A stretch of DNA of 64,000 nucleotides from Alphaproteobacteria bacterium (GCA_963555825.3 CAUVXB020000002.1:2944001-3008000), one strand, 5' to 3'. Positions 49,880 through 62,793 are shown, counted from the first letter of the stretch. Translations and numbers: made by a program. The notes: generated by a model from the sequence alone, not told the origin.

Positions 49880-51057
49880 TGTCCTGATCGATAAATTGAT
49901 ATGATTATGTCTCTATTTGTTTTTAGGAGGCGCGATTGATGGCGAGAGTGGCGGTGACGATCTCTTTGAGCGATGACGAGCGCGCCGAATTGGAGGCGCT
50001 GTCTCGTCGTCGCAAGACGTCGCAGGGGCTTGCGCGGCGGGCTCGGATCGTCTTGGCGGCGGCGGAAGGGTTGGAGAACAAGGAGATCGCCGTTCGTCTC
50101 GAGGCGAGCGCGGACACCGTGGGCAAGTGGCGTCGCCGCTATGCGGCGGAGGGCCTCGACGGTCTGTACGACGAACCCCGCCCCGGCGCGCCGCGTCAAA
50201 TCGGCGATGACGCCATCGCGGAAGCGGTCCGGCTGACGCTGGAAGAGACGCCGCCGGACGCGACCCATTGGAGCCTTCGCTCGATGGCGCGGGCGAGCGG
50301 CCACGCGCCCTCGACCATTCATCGCATCTGGCGGGCCTTCGGCTTGCAGCCGCATCGCTCGGAGACCTTCAAGCTGTCGAGCGATCCCTTCTTCGTGGAG
50401 AAGGTCCGCGACATCGTCGGTCTGTATTTGGCGCCGCCGGATCGTGCCCTGGTTCTCTGTGTCGACGAAAAGAGCCAGATCCAGGCCCTGGACCGTTCCC
50501 AGCCCCTCTTGCCGATGCGCCCCGGGCAGGCGGAGCGGCGCAGCCACGACTACAAGCGCCACGGCACGACCTCTCTCTTCGCGGCCCTCGACATCGCCAC
50601 GGGAGAGATCATCGGCAAATGTTTCCCGCGCCATCGGGCCCGAGAGTTCCGCAAATTCCTCGACCTCGTCGAGGCGAACGTCCCTGCTGATCTCGACATC
50701 CACATCGTCATGGACAACTACGGGACCCACAAGACCAAGGCGATCCGCGACTGGTTCGCCAAACGGCCGCGCTGGCAGGCCCATTTCACACCCACCAGCG
50801 CCTCCTGGCTGAACCAGGTCGAGCGCTGGTTCGGGCTGCTGACCGACAAGCAGATCAGGCGCGGCGTCCATCGCTCCACCAAGGAGTTGGAGCGCACCAT
50901 CCTCGACTACATCGACACGACAAACCAGAACCCCAAACCCTTCAAATGGACCAAATCCGCCGATGACATCCTCGGCGCCATCCAGCGCTTCTGCCTCCGA
51001 ACAATCGAAATCGCTGAACAGCAGGCGAAAATCATGCGAACTTCGGAATCGGGACAC
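49879..51057 (+). mobile_element. IS630 family insertion sequence
   Basis: CTAGTGTCCTGAT / ATCGGGACACTAG ends, TA duplication within CTAG. Confidence 0.92.
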
Positions 51058-51060
51058 TAG
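49939..51060 (+). CDS. IS630 transposase
   Basis: [33 protein letters not shown]. Confidence 0.95.
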   Translation: MARVAVTISLSDDERAELEALSRRRKTSQGLARRARIVLAAAEGLENKEIAVRLEASADTVGKWRRRYAAEGLDGLYDEPRPGAPRQIGDDAIAEAVRLTLEETPPDATHWSLRSMARASGHAPSTIHRIWRAFGLQPHRSETFKLSSDPFFVEKVRDIVGLYLAPPDRALVLCVDEKSQIQALDRSQPLLPMRPGQAERRSHDYKRHGTTSLFAALDIATGEIIGKCFPRHRAREFRKFLDLVEANVPADLDIHIVMDNYGTHKTKAIRDWFAKRPRWQAHFTPTSASWLNQVERWFGLLTDKQIRRGVHRSTKELERTILDYIDTTNQNPKPFKWTKSADDILGAIQRFCLRTIEIAEQQAKIMRTSESGH

Positions 51061-51065
51061 ATGCT

Positions 51066-51231
51066 TAGTCAATTGTCCGGCCATCTCTTTGTGCGGTCAC
51101 GTAGAGGTGATCTGCGCTCAATCGCCGCGCAAGCCAATCTTAATCCCATAAAGACTGGCCGAATGGTCGGCGGCCCGCGGTCGCGGGCTGGTAGATTTCG
51201 GCCGTTCCTGATCGATTGAATTTTGCTCTAG
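51066..51231. repeat. Modular palindromic repeat, copy 4
   Basis: CTGCGCTCAATCGCCGCG core, CCGAATGGTCGGCGGCCCGCGGTCGCGGGCTGG, ends TTTTGCTCTAG. Confidence 0.82.
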
Positions 51232-51303
51232 GGCTGGACGCGGCCGGCGCGAAGTCTTAAAGACTCAAGGGTTCGTCGCACCCACAAGACCATGGTTTGA
51301 CGC

Positions 51304-51999
51304 GTGTTCGACACGGTATTGGTGCCCATTCGCCGCGAAGGCTGGCCGTTCATCGCCGGCTTCGTCGTGCTCGCCGCGGTGCTCGCCTACGTTACGCCAG
51401 CGCTGGGCTGGCTCGGCGGGCTGCTGACGGTTTGGTGCGTCTATTTCTTCCGCGACCCGCCGCGCGTCGTGCCGACCGGACCCGGCATCCTGGTGAGCCC
51501 CGCCGACGGCCAGATCCTGCCGATCGTGCAGGCCGCGCCGCCGCCTGAGCTCGACATGGGCGAGGCGCCGCGGCCGCGCATCAGCATCTTCATGAACGTC
51601 TTCGACGTGCATGTGAATCGCATGCCCGCCGACGGCGAGGTGACCGGCCTGGCCTACCGGCCGGGCCGCTTCGTCAACGCCTCCCTGGAAAAGGCGAGCG
51701 AGGACAACGAGCGCCAGTCGGTGCGCATGACGACGATCGACGGCAAGGACGTCGCGATCGTGCAGATCGCCGGCCTCGTCGCCCGGCGCATCGTCTGCTA
51801 TCTGACGCCGGGCCAAGCGGTCAGCGTCGGCGAGCGCTTCGGCATGATCCGCTTCGGCAGCCGCGTCGACATCTTCCTCGATGACGGCATGACGGCCACG
51901 GTCGTCGAGGGTCAGCGCGCGATCGCCGGCGAGACGATCATCGCGCGCAACCAGGCGCCGGGCGAAAACGCCGCGCCGCCGGTCGGCGTCGTGCGATGA
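51304..51999 (+). CDS. psd: Phosphatidylserine decarboxylase
   Basis: FFRDP, SPADG, IFMNVFDVHVNR, QIAGLVARRI, RFGSRVD. Confidence 0.95.
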   Translation: MFDTVLVPIRREGWPFIAGFVVLAAVLAYVTPALGWLGGLLTVWCVYFFRDPPRVVPTGPGILVSPADGQILPIVQAAPPPELDMGEAPRPRISIFMNVFDVHVNRMPADGEVTGLAYRPGRFVNASLEKASEDNERQSVRMTTIDGKDVAIVQIAGLVARRIVCYLTPGQAVSVGERFGMIRFGSRVDIFLDDGMTATVVEGQRAIAGETIIARNQAPGENAAPPVGVVR

Positions 52000-52805
52000 A
52001 ATTGCGCAGCCGCCGCCGGCCGCGGCTGCGCGGCCTCTCGATCAACGCGCTGATCCCCAACGCGCTGACCGTGCTCGGCCTGTGCCTCGGGCTGACCGCG
52101 ATCCGCTACGCCTTCGTCGGGCGTTGGGAATTCGCCGTCGGCGCAATCATCCTGGCCGGCATCGTCGACGGCCTGGACGGCCGTGCCGCGCGCATCCTCA
52201 AGGCCTCGACCGAGTTCGGCGCGCAGCTCGATTCGCTGTCGGATTTCCTGTGCTTCGGCGTCGCGCCGGCGATCGTACTGTACCTCTGGGCGCTCGACGA
52301 CATCGGCGGCGCGGGCTGGGGCGTGTCGCTGCTGTTCGCGGTCTGCATCGCGCTTCGCCTGGCGCGCTTCAACGTCAGCCACGACGACCCGAACCGGCCA
52401 TCCTGGGCCGACGAGTACTTCGTCGGCGTGCCGGCGCCGACGGCCGGCGGCATGGTGCTGTTCCCGATGATGGTGTCGTTCGAGTTCGGCGATGCCTTCC
52501 TGCGCGAGCCGGCCTACGTCGCGATCCACGTCATCGCGGTCGCTCTGTTGGCGGTCTCCACGGTGCCGATGTATTCGGGCAAGGGCCTCAAGCTGCGTAA
52601 GAAACACTTCCTGCCATCGCTGCTGTTCGTCGGCGTCGCCTTCGCTGTCATCGTCAGTTATCCTTGGTACAGCTTCTCGCTGCTCGGCATCGGCTACGCC
52701 GTGTCGATCTTCTTCAGCCGGCGCAGCCATCGCCGACGCGTGGCGCAAGAACCGCCGGCCGTTCCGTCGACCGACGAGGATGGCGACGACGTCGCGCCAG
52801 TTTGA
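51996..52805 (+). CDS. pssA: CDP-diacylglycerol--serine O-phosphatidyltransferase
   Basis: PNALT, DGLDGRAAR...FGAQLDSLSD, LRLARFN. Confidence 0.93.
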   Translation: MKLRSRRRPRLRGLSINALIPNALTVLGLCLGLTAIRYAFVGRWEFAVGAIILAGIVDGLDGRAARILKASTEFGAQLDSLSDFLCFGVAPAIVLYLWALDDIGGAGWGVSLLFAVCIALRLARFNVSHDDPNRPSWADEYFVGVPAPTAGGMVLFPMMVSFEFGDAFLREPAYVAIHVIAVALLAVSTVPMYSGKGLKLRKKHFLPSLLFVGVAFAVIVSYPWYSFSLLGIGYAVSIFFSRRSHRRRVAQEPPAVPSTDEDGDDVAPV

Positions 52806-52808
52806 ACC

Positions 52809-53687
52809 TTACGCCAAACCCGTTGCCACGCGCGCGTGTGCCGTGATGCGGTAGACGTCGCCGTCCAGATAGGTCTCGAAGGCGTCGTCGATCGCGGCAT
52901 CGAGCGCCGCGCGACGCGCCGGCGACAACGCCTCGAGCGCGGCGCCGAACGACATTTCGACGTTGGGCGCCCAAAAATGGCTGCCGGCAGGCGGTGTCGG
53001 CGCGAATCGGAGCTCCAGCTCCTCGACCTCGGCGAACCCAGCCGCGCGCATCAGGGCGCCCAGGCTGCCGGCCTCGCCGAAGCGGAACTGCGTCAGCCCG
53101 CCGGCCGGCGCGGGCGGCGCGACGAAACCGGCGCCGACGGTCTGGACGACCTCGAATATCGTGTTGTCGACGCGCGGTCCCCAGACCATGTAGGCGGCCC
53201 GTCCGCCCGGCACCAGGACGCGCCGCGCCTCGGCCAGCGCCACGTCCGCGCTGGGCGAGAACATGATGCCGAAGCGGCACAGGACCCGGTCGAACGCGGC
53301 GTCGGCGAAGGGCAGCGCCTCCATGTCGACGATCTCGAAACGAATGTTGGCCAACTTCGCCTCGGCGGCGCGCCGGCGCGCGCCCACGAGCATCTCGGGC
53401 ACCATGTCGGTGGCGGTGACGACGCCCGTTTCGCCAACCCGACGCGCGATGTCGAGCGCCGGCTCGCCGATGCCCGAGGCGAGGTCGAGAACCGCCTGGC
53501 CCGGCGCCAGGTCGGCGGCGTCGAGCAGCGGCGCGTTCATGCGCTGGGCGAGCTGGGCGATGGTGTCCGACCACCGGTCCCAGGCGGTGCTGCGCGCCGT
53601 CCAATTCGCGCGCACGATGGCCTTCAGGCTTGCTGGATCGGTCAGGCTGGCCGGATCGGCCGGCGGCGTGGTTTCTTCGTTGGTCAT
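52809..53687 (-). CDS. Class I SAM-dependent methyltransferase
   Basis: VLDLASGIG, DMEALPF, FDRVLCRFG, LVPGG. Confidence 0.9.
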   Translation of the reverse strand: MTNEETTPPADPASLTDPASLKAIVRANWTARSTAWDRWSDTIAQLAQRMNAPLLDAADLAPGQAVLDLASGIGEPALDIARRVGETGVVTATDMVPEMLVGARRRAAEAKLANIRFEIVDMEALPFADAAFDRVLCRFGIMFSPSADVALAEARRVLVPGGRAAYMVWGPRVDNTIFEVVQTVGAGFVAPPAPAGGLTQFRFGEAGSLGALMRAAGFAEVEELELRFAPTPPAGSHFWAPNVEMSFGAALEALSPARRAALDAAIDDAFETYLDGDVYRITAHARVATGLA

Positions 53688-53788
53688 GTCGGCGACCTTT
53701 GCAGAATTCGAGTGCGCCGGATAGTCTGCACCGCACAGCAAACCGGTGCGGTGCGGCGCGCGCCGGAAACCCCAGTCTTGGGAGCGTG

Positions 53789-54637
53789 ATGATGAAGCTC
53801 GTTCGCTATGGCCCGGCGGGCGCCGAGAAGCCCGGCCTCATCGACGACAACGGTGGCTTGCGCGACCTCTCGGCCCATGTCGCCGACATCGGCGGCGCGG
53901 CGCTCGCGCCGGCCGAACTGGCGCGCCTCGGCGCGCTCGACGCCGCCGCGCTGCCGGCCGTCGACGGCGAGCCGCGCCTCGGCCCGCCGGTCGCCGGCGT
54001 CGGCAAGATCGTCGCCGTCGGGCTCAACTACGCCGACCACGCCGCCGAGACCGGCGCCACGATCCCGACCGAGCCGATCCTGTTCTCGATCGCCATCAGT
54101 GCGCTGAACGGCCCCCACGACCCGATCGTCATGCCGTTGACCGGCGAGAAGGTCGACTGGGAGGCCGAACTCGCCTTCGTCATCGGCACGACCGCGAAGA
54201 ACGTGGCCGAGGCCGATGCGCTCGATCATGTCGCCGGCTACTGCGTCGGCAACGACGTCTCGGAACGCGAATTCCAGAAGAACCGGGGTGGCGACTGGAT
54301 GAAGGGCAAGAGCGCCGATAGCTTCTTTCCGCTCGGGCCCTGGCTGGTCACCCGCGACGCCGTGCCCGAGCCGGAGAATCTGCGCATCTGGCTCGATGTG
54401 AACGGCGAGCACATGCAGGACAGCTCGACCAATCAGATGATCTTCGGCGTCGCCCATCTGGTCAGCTATGTCAGCGAGTTCATGTCGCTGCAACCGGGCG
54501 ACGTCATCACCACGGGCACGCCGCCCGGCGTCGGCGCCGGGCGTAAACCGCCGCGATACCTCGCGCCGGGCGACATCGTCGAGCTCGGCATCGAGGGACT
54601 CGGCGCGCAGCGCCAGGAGGTCGTCGCGCCTCGTTAG
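53789..54637 (+). CDS. Fumarylacetoacetate hydrolase family protein
   Basis: GLNYADH, DWEAEL, NDVSER, GDVITTGTP. Confidence 0.93.
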   Translation: MMKLVRYGPAGAEKPGLIDDNGGLRDLSAHVADIGGAALAPAELARLGALDAAALPAVDGEPRLGPPVAGVGKIVAVGLNYADHAAETGATIPTEPILFSIAISALNGPHDPIVMPLTGEKVDWEAELAFVIGTTAKNVAEADALDHVAGYCVGNDVSEREFQKNRGGDWMKGKSADSFFPLGPWLVTRDAVPEPENLRIWLDVNGEHMQDSSTNQMIFGVAHLVSYVSEFMSLQPGDVITTGTPPGVGAGRKPPRYLAPGDIVELGIEGLGAQRQEVVAPR

Positions 54638-54765
54638 GGATCTGTGAATATCCGGAAATTCGCGATTTCGCGCATGGCTGCCATGCACCGTGGCACGATT
54701 GTCGCCGGCGCCGGGACGCAGGATGATAGCGCCCCGCCACCGTTCATCGAGCTTCGGGACGCCGC

Positions 54766-55986
54766 ATGAGTTCAGTTACCGAGCGTGTCGCATGGCGCAC
54801 GCCGCTTGTCGTGCTGCTCTGCGGCACCATCGTGCTGCTGCTGTCCTACGGCATCCGCACCAGCTTCGGCATCTATCTGCAGCCGATGAGCGCCGACCTC
54901 GGCTGGGGGCGCGAGGTCTTCGCGCTGGCCATCGCGGTGCAGAACCTGGTGTGGGGCGCCGCGCAGCCGATCGCCGGCGCGATCGCCGACCGCTATGGCG
55001 CGGGACGCGTAGTCGCCGTCAGCGGCGCGGTCTATGTCGTCGGCCTCTATCTCGCGTCGCAGGTGACGACGCCGTCCGAGTTCACCTTCAGCGCCGGCGT
55101 CCTGATCGGCATTGGGCTCTCAGGCACCGCTTTCCCGGTGGTCATGGCGGTCGTCGCGCGCAGCGTCTCCGAGAAGCGGCGCAGCCTGTACCTCGGCCTC
55201 GGCGCCGCCGGCGGCTCGTCGGGGCAGGTCCTGGTCATCCCGCTCGGCGGCATCTTCCTCGATGGCTACGGCTGGTCGATCGCGTTGCTGATGATGGCCG
55301 CGATGGCCATTACCATGGTGCCGCTCGCCGCGGCGCTCGCCGGGCGCGCCGACCCCGCCGCCAATGCTGAGAAGCCGCAGGGTTTCGGCGACGCATTGCG
55401 CGAGGCCGCGTCGCACCGCGGCTATCTGTATCTCAACGCCGGCTTCTTCGTCTGCGGCTTTCACGTCATCTTCATCGCGACCCATCTGCCGGCGTTCATC
55501 ATCGACGCGGGCGGCGGCACGGCGCTCGGCGCCACCGCGCTGGTGCTGATCGGTGTCGGCAATATCGTCGGCTCGTATCTGTCGGGCGTGCTCGGCGGTC
55601 ATTTCTCCAAGAAGTACCTCTTGAGCGGGCTCTACTTCGCCCGCTCGGTGGTCATCGCCATCTTCATACTGACGCCGGTGACCGACGTCACCATCATGAC
55701 CTTTTCGTTCTCGATCGGCGTCCTGTGGCTCAGTACCGTGCCGCTGACCAGCGGCCTGGTGGCGCAGATCTTCGGCGTGCGCTACATGGCGACGCTGTTC
55801 GGCGTCGTCTTCTTCACCCACCAGATCGGCAGCTTCCTGGGCGCCTGGCTCGGCGGCTACGTCTATGACAGGACGGGCTCCTACGACATCGTCTGGTGGG
55901 TCGCCGTCGCGCTCGGCGTGGCCGCCGCGCTGTTGCACTGGCCGATCAACGAGCGCCCGGTGGCCCGCCTCGCGACCGCCGACTGA
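54766..55986 (+). CDS. MFS transporter
   Basis: 12 hydrophobic segments; GAIADRYG, GFFVCGFH, HQIGSFLG. Confidence 0.92.
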   Translation: MSSVTERVAWRTPLVVLLCGTIVLLLSYGIRTSFGIYLQPMSADLGWGREVFALAIAVQNLVWGAAQPIAGAIADRYGAGRVVAVSGAVYVVGLYLASQVTTPSEFTFSAGVLIGIGLSGTAFPVVMAVVARSVSEKRRSLYLGLGAAGGSSGQVLVIPLGGIFLDGYGWSIALLMMAAMAITMVPLAAALAGRADPAANAEKPQGFGDALREAASHRGYLYLNAGFFVCGFHVIFIATHLPAFIIDAGGGTALGATALVLIGVGNIVGSYLSGVLGGHFSKKYLLSGLYFARSVVIAIFILTPVTDVTIMTFSFSIGVLWLSTVPLTSGLVAQIFGVRYMATLFGVVFFTHQIGSFLGAWLGGYVYDRTGSYDIVWWVAVALGVAAALLHWPINERPVARLATAD

Positions 55987-55996
55987 CGACGCCGCC

Positions 55997-57301
55997 TTAC
56001 GCGCGATCGCCGAGCACCAGTCGCGCCGCGGCGTGGCCCGAGCGCACTGCGCTCTCGATGGTCGCTGGCAGGCCTGTGTCGATCCAGTCGCCGGCGAGCC
56101 ACAGATTGGCATAGCGCGTATGCGCCGGTGGCCGGCGCGCGACCTCGTCGGGCGTCTGGGCGAAGGTCGCGCGCCGTTCCTTGACGACGCGATAGGCGGG
56201 CAGCGGCGCGTCGGGTGTACCGATGGCGCGCGCGACGTCGGCCCAGAGCAGCTCGGCGAGGTCGCCGGCAGGCGTATCCAGCATGGCGTCGGCGGCGCTC
56301 ACCGTCACGGCGGCGACGTCGCCGCGCAGGAAGATCCACTGGGCGTGGCCGCCGACCAGGCCGAGCAGCGGCGAGCCGTCGGGGAAGCGGACCGGCGCGG
56401 CGAGACGGTAATGCGCGTTGACGATGGCGCGGCTTTCGCGTGGCACCTCGATGTCGGGCAGCAGTTCGGCGACGCGCGCTGGCGGCACGGCAAGCACCAC
56501 GCCGTCGCCGTCGCCGAGGTCGACCGCCGTCTCGCCGAAGTCGAGGCGATGGACCCGCGCCGCGTCGGTCTCGAGCCGCCGGAGCCGCCGGCCGAAGCCG
56601 GGCGGCGCGCCCCGTTCGACGAGCCAGTCGACGGCCGGGTCGACCAGGCTGGCCGACAGGCTCTCGCGCGCGACAAAGGGCCGGCACGCCTCGCCGCCAC
56701 GGCCGAAAGTCAGCTCGACCACGGGCCACAAGAGCCGTGCGGCGGCTTCGTCGGTGGCGGCGTTGAGCACCGCGACCGCGATTGGCTCCCAGAAGCGCTC
56801 GAAGAAGGGGCGCGCCGTATCGAGCACGTCGGCCACCGTCTCGCGCGGTGTCGCGCGGGCGAGGCGGCGGGCGGCGAGATAATCGCCCAGGCCGCTGTCC
56901 GGCACGCGACGCGACGGCGCCAGGATCCACCATGGCAGGCGGCCCCGATTGGGGCGCAGCGACCAGCGCGCGCCGTTGCGCAAGTCGACGAAGGGAAACA
57001 CGACGTCGGGCGCCGAGCGCAGGCCGTCGCGCGCGCCGATGGCATCGAGATAGGCCATCGTCGCGTCGTTGCTGCCGAGCATCAGGTGGTTGCCGTTGTC
57101 GATGCTGCAGCCGAGCGCGGCATCGAAGAACGAGCGGCAGCGGCCGCCGGCGTGGCCCGCCGCCTCATGCAGCGCGACACGGCGGCCGGCGCCGACCAGG
57201 CGGACGGCGCAGGCGAGACCCGCCAGACCGGCGCCGACGACGTGGGTCGTCGCGCCGTTCGGCAGCGTGGCCGGCGGCGAATGTTCGGCGGACGCGGTCA
57301 T
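55997..57301 (-). CDS. hpnE: Hydroxysqualene dehydroxylase (hopanoid pathway)
   Basis: VVGAGLAGL, GGRCRSFFD...IDNGNH, EKRATF-like KERRATF, AGDW..TGLPATIESAVRSG. Confidence 0.85.
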   Translation of the reverse strand: MTASAEHSPPATLPNGATTHVVGAGLAGLACAVRLVGAGRRVALHEAAGHAGGRCRSFFDAALGCSIDNGNHLMLGSNDATMAYLDAIGARDGLRSAPDVVFPFVDLRNGARWSLRPNRGRLPWWILAPSRRVPDSGLGDYLAARRLARATPRETVADVLDTARPFFERFWEPIAVAVLNAATDEAAARLLWPVVELTFGRGGEACRPFVARESLSASLVDPAVDWLVERGAPPGFGRRLRRLETDAARVHRLDFGETAVDLGDGDGVVLAVPPARVAELLPDIEVPRESRAIVNAHYRLAAPVRFPDGSPLLGLVGGHAQWIFLRGDVAAVTVSAADAMLDTPAGDLAELLWADVARAIGTPDAPLPAYRVVKERRATFAQTPDEVARRPPAHTRYANLWLAGDWIDTGLPATIESAVRSGHAAARLVLGDRA

Positions 57302-57493
57302 GGCAAGGCTGCTCGGTCAGCTGTGACGCTGGGCGGTGATCGGGACCGGCATGGTATCGCCGTTCGCACCGCCAACGCAATTTCACCGGTCGCGGACCCG
57401 ACCGGTGACGCGTTGACAGGCCGTGATGCCGGACGCCACTATGCGGCTCGGACCGCACCGCGAGACGGCGCGACGGCAGGGGAGGCGTCAGCC

Positions 57494-58381
57494 ATGGAAT
57501 ACTACGGCGTTCACGTCGCGTTGAGCACACCGTTCAACGCCGACGGCTCGGCGGTCGATCACGCGAAGCTCGCGGCCTTGGTCAAGGACCAGATCGACAA
57601 CGGCATTCACGGGCTCATCCCGGGCGGCTCGACCGGCGAGTTCGCGGCGCTGTCGGTCAGGGAGCGCAAGGCGGTTACCAAGACCGTCGTCAAGGCGGCC
57701 AAGGGTTGGGTGCCGGTGACCGTCGGCGTCGGCGCGATGACGACGGTCGAGGCGGTCGAATTGGCGAGCCACGCCAAGAGCGCCGGCGCCGACGCGGTGC
57801 TGCTGCTCGGGCCCTATTACGAGGAGCCCAGCGAGACCGAGTTCCAGAGCCATGTCGCGGCCGTCGCGGACGCCGGCCTGCCGGTGCTGCTCTACAACAA
57901 CCCGGCGGGCACCGGCTACAGCCTGGCGCCACGCTTCGTCCAGCGGCTGTCGCGCATGAAGGGCGTCATCGCGATCAAGGACACCACCTACGACGCCGCG
58001 CACACCGAGGAGATCCGTGAGCTGTGCGGGCGACGGCTGCAGGTGCTGAGCGGCCAGGACACACTCCAGCTGGCCGCCTTCGCGGGCGGGGCGCGGGCCG
58101 CGGTGTGGGGCGCGCCGAACGCCATCCCGGCGGCCTGCGCCGAGCTGTTCCGCTGCGTCGTCGAACGCCGCGACATCGCCGCCGGCCGCCGGCTGTGGCG
58201 CAAGCTCTATCCGGTCAACCGTTTCTTCGAGACCGAGGGCTATGTCGCTGCGGTCAAGGCCGGCGCCGCGCTGCGCGGCATCGACCTGGGACCGCCGCGG
58301 CTGCCGATCAAGCCGCTCGGCGCCAAACCGAACGGACGGCTCCGCAAGCTGATGACGGTGCTGGGCGAAATCGGCTCATAA
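57494..58381 (+). CDS. Dihydrodipicolinate synthase family aldolase/lyase
   Basis: TPF, GSTGEF, LYNNP, IKDTT. Confidence 0.9.
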   Translation: MEYYGVHVALSTPFNADGSAVDHAKLAALVKDQIDNGIHGLIPGGSTGEFAALSVRERKAVTKTVVKAAKGWVPVTVGVGAMTTVEAVELASHAKSAGADAVLLLGPYYEEPSETEFQSHVAAVADAGLPVLLYNNPAGTGYSLAPRFVQRLSRMKGVIAIKDTTYDAAHTEEIRELCGRRLQVLSGQDTLQLAAFAGGARAAVWGAPNAIPAACAELFRCVVERRDIAAGRRLWRKLYPVNRFFETEGYVAAVKAGAALRGIDLGPPRLPIKPLGAKPNGRLRKLMTVLGEIGS

Positions 58382-58572
58382 CGCCGCCATGACGACCGGG
58401 CGCCGACGCGGCAGGTCGTAACCGCTGGACTCCGATGTGGTTGTCCAGCAGTATTGATCGATAGAGCTTCGCGAGGCCCTGTGTCGCAGGGCTTGCCTAT
58501 ATCAACGATGGCGAACGAACCATCGCGCCCTAGTATAAGCGAAGCCGTGAATGCAGACGGGGAGTGGCGCCG

Positions 58573-59586
58573 ATGACAGTCTTCATCGCCAAACGCCTGG
58601 GGTTCATGATCGTGACCATGGTGGCCGCGTCGTTCATCGTGTTCTTCGTCATGGAATTCTCGCCGGGCAACGTCGCCAGCAAGACGCTAGGGCCCTACGC
58701 GAGCCAGGAATCCAAGGACCTTCTTTTCGAGAAATTGCAACTCGACGATACATTGCCGGTTCGCTATGGCCGATGGATTAGCGTGTTGACCGGTATCATC
58801 GAGGACCCGTTGGCGGATCCGGAGCTTAAGCTCGGCTTCGACGACTCGCGTGGCCACCAATACTTCGGCAATTTCGGTTATTCGTCGTTGTACAAGGAGC
58901 CGGTCAACGACATTATTTGGGGTAAGCTGTACAATACGGCGATACTCGCGGGCGTAGCCTTCGCCATCATCCTGCCGGTGTCGATGATCTTCGGGGTGCT
59001 GTCGGGCATGCGCGAAGGCAGCCTGCTCGACCGCGGGCTCTCGCTTACCGGCATCACGCTGACATCGATACCCGAATTCGCTTCCGCGGTGTTCCTGATG
59101 GTGATCTTCGTCGTCAAGTTGGAGCTCCTGCCAGGGACGAGCACGCTCGAGGTGACGCCCGAATGGGGCCTCGCGTCGCAGTTCGTGCTGCCGGTGACGG
59201 TTTTGGTGCTCTACGACTTCGGCTACGTCGCGCGCATGGTGCGCGGCTCGATGGTCGAGGTGATGACCAAACACTACATACGCACCGCGATCCTCAAGGG
59301 CCTGCCCTATCGCACGGTGATCATGCGCCACGCGCTGCGCAACGCGATGATCGCGCCGTTCACCGTCATCCTGCTGCAGATCAACTGGTTGATCACCGGC
59401 GTCGTCGTGACCGAGGTGGTCTTCGCCTATCCCGGCTTTGGCCGCATGCTGCTCGAGGCGGCGCTGTTCGGCGACATCGCGCTGATCGAGGCGGCCACGG
59501 TCGTCGCCCTGGTCGTCGCCGTGACGACGCAGTTGATCGGCGACATCGGCTACATGTTCCTCAATCCGCGAATCAGGTTCACATAG
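58573..59586 (+). CDS. Peptide/nickel ABC transporter permease (DppB-like)
   Basis: SIPEF, RMVRGSM...YIRTAILKGL...RHALRNA, FAYPGFG. Confidence 0.92.
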   Translation: MTVFIAKRLGFMIVTMVAASFIVFFVMEFSPGNVASKTLGPYASQESKDLLFEKLQLDDTLPVRYGRWISVLTGIIEDPLADPELKLGFDDSRGHQYFGNFGYSSLYKEPVNDIIWGKLYNTAILAGVAFAIILPVSMIFGVLSGMREGSLLDRGLSLTGITLTSIPEFASAVFLMVIFVVKLELLPGTSTLEVTPEWGLASQFVLPVTVLVLYDFGYVARMVRGSMVEVMTKHYIRTAILKGLPYRTVIMRHALRNAMIAPFTVILLQINWLITGVVVTEVVFAYPGFGRMLLEAALFGDIALIEAATVVALVVAVTTQLIGDIGYMFLNPRIRFT

Positions 59587-59595
59587 GGGCGCGCC

Positions 59596-60576
59596 ATGGT
59601 CGATCAAACCACGAATGGAAAGCCGAACGCACCCGTCAGGCGAGACCCGAACGCGCCGCCCGAGGACATGGTCATCTGGGTCTTCGGCGGCCTCTACGAT
59701 TTCCTGAACCGGGTTCTCGAGCTCCTCTACTTCCTGATCAAGGGCATCGCGAGCTGGCTCAAGATGATGCTCGAATCGCCCGTCGCGATCATTGGCATGG
59801 GCCTGGTTAGCTTCTGGGTGCTGGTCGCGGTACTCGCACCGTGGCTGACCGGCTACGATCCCAACGCAATGGACACCACCGCGCTGGCCGCGGCGCCTGG
59901 GTGGTTCGAGGGCGAGCATTGGCTCGGCACCGACCGCCTTGGGCGCGATTTATGGTCGCGCCTGATCTGGGGCGGGCGGACAGTGCTGATCGTGGCGCCG
60001 ATCGCCGTCGCGGCGGCCTATTTCGTCGGCTGCCTGATGGGCATGTCGGCCGGCTACCTCGGCGGTTGGGTCGATACGGTGGTCAGCCGAATTTCCGACA
60101 TCATCCTGTCGTTCCCGGTGCTGATCCTCTACATCATCCTGATCTCGACGTACGGGGCGTCGGCGCTCAACATCGTACTGGCCGTGACACTTTCCTCCTC
60201 GCCCGGCATCGGCCGTATCGTGCGCGGCTTGGTGCTCGACCTGCGCAGCCTCGAATACGTCGACGCCGCGAAGATCAGAGGCGAGCGACCGCTCTACATC
60301 ATGGTCGTCGAGCTGCTGCCCAACGCGCGCGGGCCGCTGATCGTCGACGCTTGCGTGCGCATGGGCTACACGATCATCACGATCGGCGTTCTCGGCTTCC
60401 TCGGCCTCGGCCTGCCGCCGCCGGACCCGGACTGGGGCGGCATGGTCAAGGACGCCACCGCGCGGATCGTGACGGAGCCGCACATGTCGATCCTGCCCTG
60501 CATGGCGATCTCGTCGCTGGTCATCGGCTTCAATCTGTTGGCCGACGGGCTGCGCGAAATTTCGATGCGCGACTGA
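59596..60576 (+). CDS. Peptide/nickel ABC transporter permease (DppC-like)
   Basis: HWLGTDRLGRD, YVDAAKIRGE, LGFLGLG...PDWG. Confidence 0.92.
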   Translation: MVDQTTNGKPNAPVRRDPNAPPEDMVIWVFGGLYDFLNRVLELLYFLIKGIASWLKMMLESPVAIIGMGLVSFWVLVAVLAPWLTGYDPNAMDTTALAAAPGWFEGEHWLGTDRLGRDLWSRLIWGGRTVLIVAPIAVAAAYFVGCLMGMSAGYLGGWVDTVVSRISDIILSFPVLILYIILISTYGASALNIVLAVTLSSSPGIGRIVRGLVLDLRSLEYVDAAKIRGERPLYIMVVELLPNARGPLIVDACVRMGYTIITIGVLGFLGLGLPPPDPDWGGMVKDATARIVTEPHMSILPCMAISSLVIGFNLLADGLREISMRD

Positions 60577-60603
60577 CGCGACGCCGCTGGGAGGCTAGCA
60601 ACC

Positions 60604-62691
<2,088 letters not shown>

Positions 62692-62793
62692 ACGGGCTTG
62701 CGTCCCGGGTTCCACTCGGGCATGTAACGGCGTTCGGCGCCCACGCGGTGCGGCCGCGTCGCCGGCAGATTTGCGGCAACCTCCGGGATGGCC

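Noticed and set aside
54082-54097. FAH-family FxK lysine replaced by Ile (LFSIAISAL)
   Set aside because: Single substitution recalled from family consensus; cannot be evaluated without an alignment, and the other catalytic motifs are intact.
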